Below, piece after piece: positions 1 to 9,598 of a DNA stretch of 64,000 nt. The notes under the pieces are model-generated. The model was given only the letters and a program-made list of their open reading frames with translations. It made no database searches and was not told the origin of the DNA. Within the stretch, counting starts at the first letter, position 1. Each line of letters begins with the position of its first letter. The DNA is from an uncultured Gammaproteobacteria bacterium (GTDB lineage: Bacteria > Patescibacteriota > Patescibacteriia > Magasanikbacterales > UBA922), in the NCBI GenBank assembly GCA_964566225.1, contig CAZMHV010000003.1, positions 6,658 through 70,657 on the forward strand. The letters run 5' to 3'. Both the position numbers and the translations under genes were made by a program.

Positions 1-531
1 GCACACAATGGAATGAAAGTTGGAGATACTGTTCTCTCATCACAAAATAAAGTAGAAGCAGCTCCTGGCAATCGTATGCCCCTTGAACATATTCCAGTTG
101 GTCTATTCATCTTCAATGTTGAATTGACTCCAGGAAAAGGTGGTCAGCTCGTTCGCGGTGCTGGTTCATCTGCACAACTTCAAGCAATTGAAGGAAAATA
201 TGCTCAAATTAAGTTGCCTTCTGGAGAAATGCGTTTGATTCTGAAAACCTGTTTAGCAACAATTGGTGTGGTAGGAAATTCAGATTACCGATTGGTTCGT
301 TACGGAAAAGCTGGACGTATGCGTTATCGTGGTATTCGTCCACGTGTAAAAGGAAAGAACATGAACCCTGTAGACCATCCACACGGTGGTGGTGAAGGAC
401 ACAGTCCAATTGGTCTTCGTGGAGGTCCAAAAACTCCATGGGGAAAGAAAGCAATGGGTGTAAAAACTCGTAATAAAACAAAGTGGAATAATCACATGAT
501 TGTCGAAAGACGTAAAGGAAAGAAAAAATAA
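1..531 (+). CDS. rplB: 50S ribosomal protein L2 (5'-partial, C-terminal part)
   Basis: Frame open from position 1. Translation carries the L2 hallmark '...[13 protein letters not shown]...' and sits in conserved operon position upstream of rpsS. Confidence 0.9.
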   Translation, partial: AHNGMKVGDTVLSSQNKVEAAPGNRMPLEHIPVGLFIFNVELTPGKGGQLVRGAGSSAQLQAIEGKYAQIKLPSGEMRLILKTCLATIGVVGNSDYRLVRYGKAGRMRYRGIRPRVKGKNMNPVDHPHGGGEGHSPIGLRGGPKTPWGKKAMGVKTRNKTKWNNHMIVERRKGKKK

Positions 532-540
532 TAATCACTT

Positions 541-861
541 ATGTCAAGAAGTTTAAAAAAAGGACCATACATTGATCCGAGACTCATGGAAAAAGTAGAA
601 AAAGCTTTGAAAGCAAATGATAAAAAAGCTATTCGTACTTGGGCTCGTCAATCAACAATTACTCCACAAATGGTTGGAATGAGTTTTGAAGTACATAACG
701 GAAAAAACTTTATTCCAGTATTTGTTGACGAAAACATGGTTGGTCATAAGCTGGGAGAATTTTCACCAACTCGTAAATTTATTCGTCACGGTGGAAAGAT
801 GGCCAAAGATCAGGCAAGTGGCGGATCAAGTAAACCAGCAGCACCCGCAGCGAAAAAGTAA
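541..861 (+). CDS. rpsS: 30S ribosomal protein S19
   Basis: 106 aa with the 'GPYIDP...KKAIRTWAR...' S19 signature. Gene order L2-S19-L22-S3. Confidence 0.9.
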   Translation: MSRSLKKGPYIDPRLMEKVEKALKANDKKAIRTWARQSTITPQMVGMSFEVHNGKNFIPVFVDENMVGHKLGEFSPTRKFIRHGGKMAKDQASGGSSKPAAPAAKK

Positions 862-882
862 TAGTTAGTTCATCACTATTTT

Positions 883-1347
883 ATGAAAATGGAAACAACT
901 GCAAAACTGAGACAACTTCGAATGAGTCCACGTAAAGTGAGATTACTCACCGATTTGATTAAAGGAAAATCTGTAGAGCAGGCAATGATTCAGCTTGCTA
1001 TGCAAGCCAAAGATGCTGCACAACCTGTAAAAAAACTTTTGGCATCTGCTGTTGCCAATGCTGAACATAATCATGCGATTGATGCCGCAACATTGGTAGT
1101 GAAAAATGCTTTTGTTGACGGGGGTCCAGTATTGAAACGTTTCACCCCACGCGCTTTTGGAAGAGCTTCTGCTATTCATAAACGAACTTCTCATGTAACT
1201 TTGGTTCTTGAAGGTGAAGTTGATGAAAAAAAAGCAAAAGCAAAAACTGAAGTGAAAGAAGTAGAAAGTCACGAAGGTCATGATCATGTTCATGAAGAAG
1301 TGAAAGAAGTGAAAAAAACTACACGAAAAACAAAGAAAGCCGAATAA
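883..1347 (+). CDS. rplV: 50S ribosomal protein L22 with charged C-terminal extension
   Basis: L22-like core ('SPRKVRLL...') in conserved position. Carries an extra Lys/Glu/His-rich tail of about 40 aa. Confidence 0.85.
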   Translation: MKMETTAKLRQLRMSPRKVRLLTDLIKGKSVEQAMIQLAMQAKDAAQPVKKLLASAVANAEHNHAIDAATLVVKNAFVDGGPVLKRFTPRAFGRASAIHKRTSHVTLVLEGEVDEKKAKAKTEVKEVESHEGHDHVHEEVKEVKKTTRKTKKAE

Positions 1348-1372
1348 TTTAGAAATTTGAAATTTTCTCCGT

Positions 1373-2059
1373 ATGGGTCATAAAGTCCATCCAAAAATTC
1401 ACAGAATGCAGGTTATTTCCAGTTGGGACTCACGTTGGTTCTCACAAAATAATTATGCTTTGTTTGCCAAGCAAGATTTGGCTGTGAGAAAATATTTGCT
1501 CAAAAAGTTCAAAGAAGCAAATATTGACTCTATGAGTATTGAACGCGGTCCAAAAAATATGACCGTAACGATTCTTGCTGCTAAGCCAGGCTTTATTATT
1601 GGAAGAAGTGGACAAGGACTTGATGCTGTGAGAAAATATATTGAAACCAAGATTTTACAAATGACCTTGAAAGTAAAACTTCAAGTACGAGAACTTCGTT
1701 CTCCAGCACTTTCTGCGATGGTCGTTGCCCAAACATTGGCAGCCGAAACAGAAAGACGTGTTCCATTTAGACGTCTTATGAAACAGACCATTGAACGCGT
1801 CATGAAAGCTGGTGGAAAGGGAGTAAAAATCCGCATGTCTGGACGTTTGAATGGTGTTGAAATCGCTCGTACAGAAAAACTTGCTGTCGGAAAAGTTCCT
1901 CTTATTACTCTTCGTAGTGATGTTGACTATGCTAATGTGACTGCTCATACTTTGTATGGAGCCATTGGTATCAAGGTTTGGATCTACCATGGAGAAGTAT
2001 TTGGAAGAAAAGATAAATTCGCAGATGCAAATGTAACTACTGAAAAAAGTAAAGAATAA
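1373..2059 (+). CDS. rpsC: 30S ribosomal protein S3
   Basis: 228 aa, 'GHKVHP...' N-terminus and KH-like core typical of S3. Operon position after L22. Confidence 0.9.
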   Translation: MGHKVHPKIHRMQVISSWDSRWFSQNNYALFAKQDLAVRKYLLKKFKEANIDSMSIERGPKNMTVTILAAKPGFIIGRSGQGLDAVRKYIETKILQMTLKVKLQVRELRSPALSAMVVAQTLAAETERRVPFRRLMKQTIERVMKAGGKGVKIRMSGRLNGVEIARTEKLAVGKVPLITLRSDVDYANVTAHTLYGAIGIKVWIYHGEVFGRKDKFADANVTTEKSKE

Positions 2060-2086
2060 TGGCTTTGAGCATAAGTGTTCCCTTAT

Positions 2087-2500
2087 ATGTTATTACCAAA
2101 AAAAGTAAAACACAGAAAATGGCATAGACTTGGCAAACGTCATGTTGGTGTCGCAACTCGTCTTAACACTGTGGCCTTTGGCCAATTTGGTTTGATGAGT
2201 GAAGACCACGCATGGGTTTCAAGTCGCCAAATTGAAGCAGCACGTCGTGTGCTCACCCGTTATATTAAACGTGGTGGAAAAGTATGGATTCGCGTTTTTC
2301 CAGACCGACCAGTTACCAAAAAAGGTTCTGAAGTTCCTATGGGTGGAGGAAAAGGTGCGCCAGATTTCTTTGTTTGTACGGTAAAACCAGGAACAGTATT
2401 ATTTGAAATGAGTGGTATCACTGAAGACCAAGCAAAAGAAGCACTTATCAATGCTTCACACAAATTGCCTCTTCGTGGAAAATTTTTGAACCGTGTTTAG
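2087..2500 (+). CDS. rplP: 50S ribosomal protein L16
   Basis: 'MLLPKKVKHRKWHR...' matches the L16 N-terminus. The ORF-track start at 2075 is an alternative. Confidence 0.85.
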   Translation: MLLPKKVKHRKWHRLGKRHVGVATRLNTVAFGQFGLMSEDHAWVSSRQIEAARRVLTRYIKRGGKVWIRVFPDRPVTKKGSEVPMGGGKGAPDFFVCTVKPGTVLFEMSGITEDQAKEALINASHKLPLRGKFLNRV

Positions 2501-2514
2501 TTTCTCACTTTACT

Positions 2515-2688
2515 ATGCAATTCGCAGATTTAAAAGACAAATCAAAAGAAGAACTCAAAGAACTCTTGAGTGAAAAAAAACAACAGCTTCAAGCGTTGAA
2601 GTTTAAAGTGAGTGAAGCTCAGCTCAAGCAAATTCATTTGATCAAACAAATCCGTCAAGAAATTGCGTGGATTCAAACTTTGCTCTAA
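2515..2688 (+). CDS. rpmC: 50S ribosomal protein L29
   Basis: 57-aa ORF (below the track cutoff) 'MQFADLKDKSKEELKELLSEKKQQLQALKF...', helical L29-like, between rplP and rpsQ. Confidence 0.75.
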   Translation: MQFADLKDKSKEELKELLSEKKQQLQALKFKVSEAQLKQIHLIKQIRQEIAWIQTLL

Positions 2689-2714
2689 AATATATCCGAA
2701 TCACTAATAATGAT

Positions 2715-2984
2715 ATGAACAAACAGTCAACCGTACAATCAGCTCCTCAAGTCTTGAAACGTCAGTTTACAGGAGTAGTTTTAAGTGCAAAAGAGCAAAA
2801 AACGATCCATGTAAATGTGAAGACTATCAAAATGGACGCAAAATATAGAAAACAATATTCAACGTCAAAAAAGTTTGCTGTTCACGATGAAAAAGGAACT
2901 GCAAAAGCAGGGGACACCGTTGTTTTTGAAGAATGTCGCCCATTAAGTAAAACAAAGCGTTGGAGAGTAATTCAAGTAATGTAA
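2715..2984 (+). CDS. rpsQ: 30S ribosomal protein S17
   Basis: S17-like OB-fold sequence '...[16 protein letters not shown]...' in operon position. The upstream in-frame ATG at 2667 overlaps rpmC and is a less likely start. Confidence 0.8.
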   Translation: MNKQSTVQSAPQVLKRQFTGVVLSAKEQKTIHVNVKTIKMDAKYRKQYSTSKKFAVHDEKGTAKAGDTVVFEECRPLSKTKRWRVIQVM

Positions 2985-3006
2985 CCCGACGTATAGCTAC
3001 CTATAT

Positions 3007-3378
3007 ATGATTCAGCATCGAACCATGTTACAAGTTGGAGATAATTCAGGAGCAAAAAAACTCCAGTGTTTGCGCGTGCTTGGTGGATACCAAAAACGTT
3101 ATGCTCGCATTGGTGATATTATTACTTGCTCTGTAAAAGAGGCTGCTCCACGTGGAATGGTAAAAAAAGGTGAAGTTATTCACGCTGTTGTTGTCCGCCA
3201 AAAGAAAGAAATGCGCCGTAAAGACGGAACCTATATTCGTTTTGATGAAAATGCAGCGGTTATTATTGATCAAAAAACAAAAGAACCAAAAGGTACTCGT
3301 ATTTTTGGACCGGTTGCTCGTGAGCTTCGTTCTCAGGGTTACCAAAAAATTATTTCTTTAGCGCCAGAAGTACTCTAA
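3007..3378 (+). CDS. rplN: 50S ribosomal protein L14
   Basis: 123 aa, alignable along its length to canonical L14 ('MIQ..TML.V.DNSGA... IISLAPEVL' C-terminus). Confidence 0.92.
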   Translation: MIQHRTMLQVGDNSGAKKLQCLRVLGGYQKRYARIGDIITCSVKEAAPRGMVKKGEVIHAVVVRQKKEMRRKDGTYIRFDENAAVIIDQKTKEPKGTRIFGPVARELRSQGYQKIISLAPEVL

Positions 3379-3402
3379 GGCTTTTCCTATAAGTGTTCCC
3401 AT

Positions 3403-3726
3403 ATGAAAATAAAAACAGGTGACAAAGTAAAAGTAATTGCTGGAAGAAAAGAGAACCAAGGAAAGACTGGTAAGGTTCTTCAGATTTTAAAAAATGAAAG
3501 TAAAAATCAGGCATATGTGGTAGTTGAAGGTGTAAACCTTCGCAAAAAGCACCTTCGTTCACGCCGTGCTGGTGAAAAAGGTCAAACCATTGAGCTTGCA
3601 AGTCCTATCCATATTAGTAACGTGATGCTTATTGATCCTAAATCAGATAAACCAACTCGCGTTGGATATAAAATCGAAGGAGACAAAAAAGTTCGTGTTG
3701 CGAAAGTTTCTGGAGAAATAATCTAA
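3403..3726 (+). CDS. rplX: 50S ribosomal protein L24
   Basis: 107 aa with KOW-like 'KIKTGDKVKVIAGRK' N-terminus, positioned after rplN. Confidence 0.88.
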   Translation: MKIKTGDKVKVIAGRKENQGKTGKVLQILKNESKNQAYVVVEGVNLRKKHLRSRRAGEKGQTIELASPIHISNVMLIDPKSDKPTRVGYKIEGDKKVRVAKVSGEII

Positions 3727-3731
3727 TACCT

Positions 3732-4277
3732 ATGGAATCCGCTTTATATACACATTATAAAAAAACCGTTGTACCAGCTTTGAAAACAGAGTTTGGTTTC
3801 AAAAACATCATGCAGGTACCAAAAGTGACCAAGGTTGTTTTGAACGTTGGATATGGACGTCATGCCAAAGAAGGCGCATATATTGAAAATGTTGAAAAGA
3901 CATTGACAGCCATTAGTGGTCAAAAACCAGTCCACAACAAAGCCAAAAAAGCTATTTCAAACTTTAAAACACGTTTGGGAATGGATATTGGTATGTCTGT
4001 GACACTTCGTGGACCACGTATGTACGAATTTTTATACCGTTTGATTCACATTACTTTTCCTCGTGTTCGTGATTTTCGTGGACTTACTCTGACTGGATTT
4101 GATAAACAAGGAAATTTCACTGTTGGATTTAAAGAAAACATTGCATTTCCTGAATCACGTATTGAAACACCAGATAAGATTCATGGACTGCAAGTAGTTG
4201 TTTCTACCACTGCAAGTAATAAAGCCGAAGGTGTGGCTCTCCTCAAACAACTTGGATTTCCTTTTAAAGATAAATAG
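3732..4277 (+). CDS. rplE: 50S ribosomal protein L5
   Basis: 181 aa with L5 signature, positioned after rplX. Confidence 0.88.
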   Translation: MESALYTHYKKTVVPALKTEFGFKNIMQVPKVTKVVLNVGYGRHAKEGAYIENVEKTLTAISGQKPVHNKAKKAISNFKTRLGMDIGMSVTLRGPRMYEFLYRLIHITFPRVRDFRGLTLTGFDKQGNFTVGFKENIAFPESRIETPDKIHGLQVVVSTTASNKAEGVALLKQLGFPFKDK

Positions 4278-4282
4278 AAGTT

Positions 4283-4468
4283 ATGGCTACTCAAGGACAA
4301 ATTGCAAAATCAAATAGAAAACCAAAATTTAGTACTCGTATAGTTCGACGATGTTTTCGTTGTGGTCGTCGACGTGGGTTCATGAGACATTTTCAGCTGT
4401 GTCGTATTTGTTTTCGTGAACTTGCCAACAGTGGGATGCTCCCTGGTGTACGAAAATCAAGTTGGTAA
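4283..4468 (+). CDS. rpsZ: 30S ribosomal protein S14 type Z (zinc-binding, 61 aa)
   Basis: 61 aa carrying a CxxC...CxxC motif ('CFRCGRRRGFMRHFQLCRIC'), typical of short S14 type Z. Confidence 0.88.
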   Translation: MATQGQIAKSNRKPKFSTRIVRRCFRCGRRRGFMRHFQLCRICFRELANSGMLPGVRKSSW

Positions 4469-4524
4469 TTAAACTATTTACTATTTAATAATAGAAATCA
4501 AAAGTTAAATAAAGTATTAATCTT

Positions 4525-4914
4525 ATGATGACGGATCCAATTGCAGACATGCTTACCCGTATTCGAAACGCTCAGGCTTCACGCAAGCGTTCTCTTGAGA
4601 TTCCTTTTTCAAAATTAAAAATGAAAATTGCGGAAATTTTGAAAAAAGAAGGTTTTATCGGAGAAATCAGTAAAACAGAAGCAATGCCTGCAATGCTTGT
4701 GGTTGAACTTAAGTATAGTGGAAAGATTCCTGCTATTCAGGCTATTAAACGTGAAAGTAAACCAGGACACCGCATGTATCGAAAAGCTGAAGAAATGCCA
4801 AATATTTTGAATGGCTATGGTTTGGCTATTGTTTCTACTTCAGAAGGATTAATGACTGGTAAAGAAGCCAAGAAAAAAGGTATCGGTGGTGAAGTTATTT
4901 GTTCTGTATATTAA
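4525..4914 (+). CDS. rpsH: 30S ribosomal protein S8
   Basis: 'DPIADMLTRIRNA' S8 signature. Confidence 0.9.
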   Translation: MMTDPIADMLTRIRNAQASRKRSLEIPFSKLKMKIAEILKKEGFIGEISKTEAMPAMLVVELKYSGKIPAIQAIKRESKPGHRMYRKAEEMPNILNGYGLAIVSTSEGLMTGKEAKKKGIGGEVICSVY

Positions 4915-4922
4915 AATTTTGT

Positions 4923-5459
4923 ATGTCACGTATTGGAAAAAAGACAATTCAAATTCCTGCGGGAGTTACCATGGAACAAAAAGATAAAGTGGTAACCGTA
5001 AAAGGTCCAAAAGGTACATTGACTCGTGTAGTAAGTCCTTTGGTCACTGTGAATATTGCTGGTTCTGAAGCGACTGTTGATGTTGTGAATAAAGAAGATA
5101 AAAAAGAACGATCACTCTGGGGAACTTTTGCTGCCCACCTTCAAAATATGGTAGAAGGAGTTACTCAAGGTTTCAAAAAACAACTTGAAGTAAATGGAGT
5201 AGGTTACCGTGTTGCTATGCAAGGAAAAGATTTGAAGCTCGAACTCGGATTTTCTCACTCTGTGGTATTCAAAATTCCAGAAGGAATGACTGCTTCAGTA
5301 GAAAAGAATATGATTACACTTGAAAGTAGTAATATTGAATTACTTGGACAAACCGCTTCTGAAATTCGATCACTTCGTAAACCTGAACCATATAAAGGAA
5401 AAGGAATTAAATACGCTGAAGAAGTAATCCGTCGCAAGGCAGGAAAAACTGCAAAATAG
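4923..5459 (+). CDS. rplF: 50S ribosomal protein L6
   Basis: 'MSRIGKKTIQIP...' L6 N-terminus. The ORF-track start at 4899 overlaps rpsH, so the internal ATG at 4923 is preferred. Confidence 0.85.
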   Translation: MSRIGKKTIQIPAGVTMEQKDKVVTVKGPKGTLTRVVSPLVTVNIAGSEATVDVVNKEDKKERSLWGTFAAHLQNMVEGVTQGFKKQLEVNGVGYRVAMQGKDLKLELGFSHSVVFKIPEGMTASVEKNMITLESSNIELLGQTASEIRSLRKPEPYKGKGIKYAEEVIRRKAGKTAK

Positions 5460-5495
5460 TAGTTTGACGAGATCACCCTAAAATACTATATTATT

Positions 5496-5870
5496 ATGAG
5501 TAAAGTAACTCTCACAAAACAAGACAAAAGAAACAGACGACGTAATCGCGTTCGTAAAGTTGTAATTGGAAGCATGATTCGTCCACGTTTGAATGTATTT
5601 CGCTCTTTGCGAGGTATGTTTGCGCAAATTATTGATGATAACACCAGTAAAACATTGGTGAGTGTTCACTCAAAATCTGACGCAGCGTCAGGAGATGCAG
5701 GAGAACGATCTGGAAAAGTTGCTGTGAGTTACAAATTAGGACTTCGTCTTGCTGAAAAAGCTAAAGAAAAAGGAATTACTGCCGTTGTTTTTGATCGAGC
5801 GGGCTACCGTTTTCACGGTCGTGTGAAAGCTGTTGCCGATGGGGCTCGCGATGGCGGACTTCAATTTTAA
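5496..5870 (+). CDS. rplR: 50S ribosomal protein L18
   Basis: 124 aa, L18-like with basic N-terminus and '...AVVFDRAGYRFHGRVKA...'. Confidence 0.88.
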   Translation: MSKVTLTKQDKRNRRRNRVRKVVIGSMIRPRLNVFRSLRGMFAQIIDDNTSKTLVSVHSKSDAASGDAGERSGKVAVSYKLGLRLAEKAKEKGITAVVFDRAGYRFHGRVKAVADGARDGGLQF

Positions 5871-5905
5871 TGTTACTTAGAGCATTCCATTAACTTAACA
5901 TCTGT

Positions 5906-6556
5906 ATGCAAGGTAAAGGAAAAGGTAATAAAATGAAACCAAAAAAAGAACGACCTGAGTTTGATCAGCATATTGTTGATTTGGCTCGTGTTACTCGTGT
6001 GACCGAAGGTGGAAAACATTTAAGTTTTCGTGCCTGTGTGGTTATCGGAGACCGCAATGGTCGTGTTGGATTTGGTGTTGAAAAAGGACCAGATGTGCAG
6101 ATTGCTGTGGAAAAAGCAGTGAACCAAGCAAAAAAGAACATTATTCGTGTTCCTCTTGTAAGTGAATCAATCCCACATCGTGTGGAAGCCAAATATAAAG
6201 CAGCCAAAGTAATGCTCAAACCAGCTCCAAAAGGTTCTGGAGTTATTGCTGGAAGTGCGATTCGTGTTATTTTGGAAATGGCTGGTGTACCAAATGCATC
6301 TTCAAAAATGCTTGGAAAAACCAGTAATAAAATTGCCAATGTAAAAGCCGTTTTTCAAGCATTACAATCATTTAATTACCGATCACTCAATGGACGCAAG
6401 CAAAAAGAAAGAGTTGATGCTGATGTAACTGTTCCAGAAGAAAAAGTAGAAGCTTTGAAAGCAAAGACCGGTATTCAAGATGATGCTCCTCAAGCAAAGA
6501 CAGCTGCTAAACCAGCAGCTCGTACTGTGCGAAAGGCAGCTCCCAAAAAAGCCTAA
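5906..6556 (+). CDS. rpsE: 30S ribosomal protein S5 with Ala/Lys-rich C-terminal extension
   Basis: S5 core ('...GDRNGRVGFG...GSGVIAG...') plus an extension of about 50 aa. Followed directly by rplO with no rpmD (L30). Confidence 0.88.
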   Translation: MQGKGKGNKMKPKKERPEFDQHIVDLARVTRVTEGGKHLSFRACVVIGDRNGRVGFGVEKGPDVQIAVEKAVNQAKKNIIRVPLVSESIPHRVEAKYKAAKVMLKPAPKGSGVIAGSAIRVILEMAGVPNASSKMLGKTSNKIANVKAVFQALQSFNYRSLNGRKQKERVDADVTVPEEKVEALKAKTGIQDDAPQAKTAAKPAARTVRKAAPKKA

Positions 6557-6565
6557 TAGATTTTT

Positions 6566-7006
6566 ATGGAATTAACACCTCACACAATTAAAAGTTCAAA
6601 GGGATCAAAACGCAGTAGTAAACGCGTTGGACGTGGTGGCGGTTCAGGTAAAGGAACCACTGCAGCTCGTGGACAAAAAGGTCAACGTGCTCGTTCTGGC
6701 GGTACTCGTGGTATTGCGCGTCGTGCTCTCAAAGCAAATATTCAAAAAGTTCCAAAACTCCGTGGTTTCCGCAGTATGTATGCTAAACCTGAAACGGTTA
6801 CTTTGACTACTCTCAATGCTAAATTTACTGACGGAGATGTAGTAACTCCAACTATTTTGAAGCAAAAGAAATTGATTCAAGGTAACAAAGCAGTAAAAGT
6901 ACTTGCTTCTGGACAGCTCACCAAAAAAATAACTATCAAAGGATGTTTGACTACCAAAAAAGTAGCAGAAATCGTTGAAAAAGTTGGTGGAAAAGTAGTA
7001 TTCTAA
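6566..7006 (+). CDS. rplO: 50S ribosomal protein L15
   Basis: 146 aa, Gly/Arg-rich N-terminus '...GRGGGSGKGTTAARGQKGQ...' typical of L15. Confidence 0.88.
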   Translation: MELTPHTIKSSKGSKRSSKRVGRGGGSGKGTTAARGQKGQRARSGGTRGIARRALKANIQKVPKLRGFRSMYAKPETVTLTTLNAKFTDGDVVTPTILKQKKLIQGNKAVKVLASGQLTKKITIKGCLTTKKVAEIVEKVGGKVVF

Positions 7007-7029
7007 ATATTGTCTTATTCTATAATTGC

Positions 7030-7104
7030 AATCCGAATCTGTCTCATGGCAGACAGGCCTACACAGTGAGTCTGTCAGGTATGAGAAAGATTCGGATTTT
7101 TTTT
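7030..7104 (+). promoter_or_regulatory. Nested stem-loop with U-tract in the rplO–secY spacer (candidate attenuator/terminator)
   Basis: AATCCGAATCT (7030–7040) pairs with AGATTCGGATT (7088–7098) and is followed by T8. An inner CTGTCT/AGACAG hairpin lies at 7039–7056. Confidence 0.5.
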
Positions 7105-7133
7105 CGGAAAATTTACGCAGTAACTTTAACACT

Positions 7134-8405
7134 ATGTTAGAAAAATTTGAAAGAATTTGGAAAATAAAAGATATTCGTAATAGTATTTTATTTGTCCTTG
7201 GAATGCTTTTTATTTTTCGTGTGGCAGCACATATTCCTGTCCCAGGAATTAATGTACAAAATTTACAGAAGTTTTTGGAAGGTAACCAAGTACTTGGACT
7301 CCTCAATATTTTTTCTGGTGGCACATTACAAAATTTTTCTGTTGTGATGCTTGGCGTTGCTCCATATATCACCGCTTCAATTATTTTTCAATTGTTGCAA
7401 ATGGTAATTCCTTCATTTGAAGAAATGGCCAAAGAAGGTGAGTCAGGAAAACAAAAAATTCAAATGTACACTCGTATTGCTGCAGTGCCACTCGCATTTT
7501 TGCAAGCTTTTGGTTTGATTCAGTTGCTCCGTACCTCTCAACTCAATATCTTACCAGATTTGAATACCTTTGGTTTTGTGACTATTATGCTCACTGCTGC
7601 TGCGGGAACGATTTTCCTTATGTGGATTGGTGAACTTATTACTGAAAGAAAACTCGGAAACGGTTTGTCACTGCTTATTTTTGCTGGTATCGTTGCTGCA
7701 TTGCCAAGTGCTGTTCAGCAAATTATTTTGAACTATAACCCATCAGATTTGTTGACTTACGTTTTCTTTGCACTTATTATCATTGTAACAGTCGTTGGTG
7801 TTGTCGTTATTAGTGAAGGACAACGAAATATTCCTGTACAGTATGCCAAACAAGCTATTGGATCACGAAGATTTTCTGGTGCAAATTCAACATTGCCACT
7901 TCGTATCAATATGGCTGGCGTGATTCCAATTATCTTTGCGGTTTCGCTTATTTTATTCCCATCCATGATTGCTCAGTTTTTTGTGAACAAACCTGGAATG
8001 CTTGGACAGATTGCACAAGAAACCATTCGTTTGTTTCAAAATCAGTGGTTTTATGGAATTTTGTATTTTCTCTTGGTATTTGGCTTTACCTACTTTTATA
8101 CTGCTGTGGTATTTCAACCAGAAAAAATTGCAGAGAACTTACAAAAGCAGGGTGGCTATATTCCAGGTATTCGTCCTGGAAAAGAAACTGAACAGTATTT
8201 GAGTAAAATCATGGGTCGTCTTATTTTGACTGGTGCGCTTTTCTTGGGTCTTATTGCTATATTACCTTTGGTCTTACAAGGAATTACTGGAACTCAGTCA
8301 CTTGCTGTGGGTGGTACGAGTCTTCTCATTTTGGTGAGTGTCGCTATTGAAACCACCAAACAAATTGATGCACAACTTACTGTGCATGAATACGATCGAG
8401 CCTAA
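7134..8405 (+). CDS. secY: Preprotein translocase subunit SecY
   Basis: About 10 TM segments and SecY-like sequence from 'MLEKFERIWKIKDIRN...'. The ORF-track start at 7026 lies inside the upstream hairpin, so 7134 is preferred. Confidence 0.88.
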   Translation: MLEKFERIWKIKDIRNSILFVLGMLFIFRVAAHIPVPGINVQNLQKFLEGNQVLGLLNIFSGGTLQNFSVVMLGVAPYITASIIFQLLQMVIPSFEEMAKEGESGKQKIQMYTRIAAVPLAFLQAFGLIQLLRTSQLNILPDLNTFGFVTIMLTAAAGTIFLMWIGELITERKLGNGLSLLIFAGIVAALPSAVQQIILNYNPSDLLTYVFFALIIIVTVVGVVVISEGQRNIPVQYAKQAIGSRRFSGANSTLPLRINMAGVIPIIFAVSLILFPSMIAQFFVNKPGMLGQIAQETIRLFQNQWFYGILYFLLVFGFTYFYTAVVFQPEKIAENLQKQGGYIPGIRPGKETEQYLSKIMGRLILTGALFLGLIAILPLVLQGITGTQSLAVGGTSLLILVSVAIETTKQIDAQLTVHEYDRA

Positions 8406-8432
8406 GATTTTTGGTTCAAAAATATTTTCAAG

Positions 8433-8466
8433 ATCCCGCCTCGTTTTTTACGGGCGGGATTTCTTG
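8433..8466 (+). terminator. Rho-independent terminator after secY
   Basis: ATCCCGCC(tcgtttttta)CGGGCGGGAT hairpin followed by TTCTT. Confidence 0.6.
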
Positions 8467-8529
8467 TCAGAGAGGATGTTTTTTGTTATAGTGATTACGT
8501 TGAAAGCTTCTTTGAATTAATTTTTTTGT

Positions 8530-8829
8530 ATGTCTACATTTAACGATGTCATGAGTTCACTCTTTGGTGGAAACAGTTATTCTACTACTCCTCGAACTTT
8601 GTCAGAAAGTGAAATTCGAACGCTTATCTCTGAAACTAGAATCTCTTCACTTTCTCAAAAAGAAGTGGCTATTGTAGAAGATGCTTTGGTCCATGGAAGA
8701 AATGGAAGTATGATTTCACTTTCCAAAATTGATCAAATACTGAGGCATTTGGAACAAACAAGACAAATTACTCGTTATGACCGTGATAGTGTAATGAAAG
8801 TTTTTAAGAGTCACATGGGAACTCGATAA
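8530..8829 (+). CDS. Hypothetical protein (99 aa) inserted between secY and adk
   Basis: ORF with no recognisable motifs. Its position interrupts the usual secY-adk adjacency. Confidence 0.45.
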   Translation: MSTFNDVMSSLFGGNSYSTTPRTLSESEIRTLISETRISSLSQKEVAIVEDALVHGRNGSMISLSKIDQILRHLEQTRQITRYDRDSVMKVFKSHMGTR

Positions 8830-8839
8830 TTTTATTTTT

Positions 8840-9508
8840 ATGAATGAACAAATTATTATTCTTCTTGGAGTACCCGGCAGTGGTAAAGGAACCCAAGCCA
8901 AGCGACTCCATGACCAGTATGGTTTTGCACACATTTCAAGTGGTGACTTGCTCCGCGCACTGGATGCGAACCCAGATGCTGACCCAGCGCTCAAAGCAAA
9001 GTTAGCAGACATGAAAGCGGGAAAACTCGTTGCCAGTGACTTAATTTATCAACTGGTGTTTGCTGAAATTGAAAAGCAAGTTGCTGATGGAAAAAATATT
9101 GTGCTTGATGGTGCCGTACGAAGTGTTGATCAGGCCCAGGCTTTTGATGCATTTTTTGCACAAAAGAATTTGACCGATCGTGTGCGTGTAGTGGAATTTA
9201 CCATGCCTGATGATTTGAGTTTGCTTCGTCTCACCAAGCGAAAAAACTGCAGTCAGTGTGGACACATTATTTCTTATAGTCCAGAGAATGATGCCAAGAC
9301 TATTTGTGAAAAGTGTGGCGGAGCTTTGGTCGTTCGATCTGATGATACTCCAGAAATTGCCATGAAGCGCATTGCAGAGCAGGGGAATGCTGTAGTGGCG
9401 CCTGTGCGTGCCTACTATCAGCAAGCTGGAAATTATATTGCTGTAGATGCCGTGCAAGATATTGATGGCATGGAACGGGATTTGGTAAGAGAACTTCACC
9501 TTGCTTAA
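8840..9508 (+). CDS. adk: Adenylate kinase (long form with zinc-binding lid)
   Basis: P-loop 'GVPGSGKGTQ' and lid 'CSQCGHIISYS...CEKCGG' with four Cys. Confidence 0.9.
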   Translation: MNEQIIILLGVPGSGKGTQAKRLHDQYGFAHISSGDLLRALDANPDADPALKAKLADMKAGKLVASDLIYQLVFAEIEKQVADGKNIVLDGAVRSVDQAQAFDAFFAQKNLTDRVRVVEFTMPDDLSLLRLTKRKNCSQCGHIISYSPENDAKTICEKCGGALVVRSDDTPEIAMKRIAEQGNAVVAPVRAYYQQAGNYIAVDAVQDIDGMERDLVRELHLA

Positions 9509-9527
9509 TTTGGTATAAACCACAAAA

Positions 9528-9558
9528 GTTAGCTTAAAATAGCTAATTTTTGTTTTTT
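9528..9558 (+). terminator. Rho-independent terminator after adk
   Basis: TTAGCT(taaaat)AGCTAA hairpin followed by TTTTTGTTTTTT. Confidence 0.55.
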
Positions 9559-9598
9559 CACTCTTGATTTTCCTGTATATTTTGATAGACTTACCTAT

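Noticed and set aside
6644-7372. 242-aa minus-strand ORF antisense to rplO/secY
   Set aside because: Antisense to highly conserved genes with low-complexity translation, so a chance ORF.
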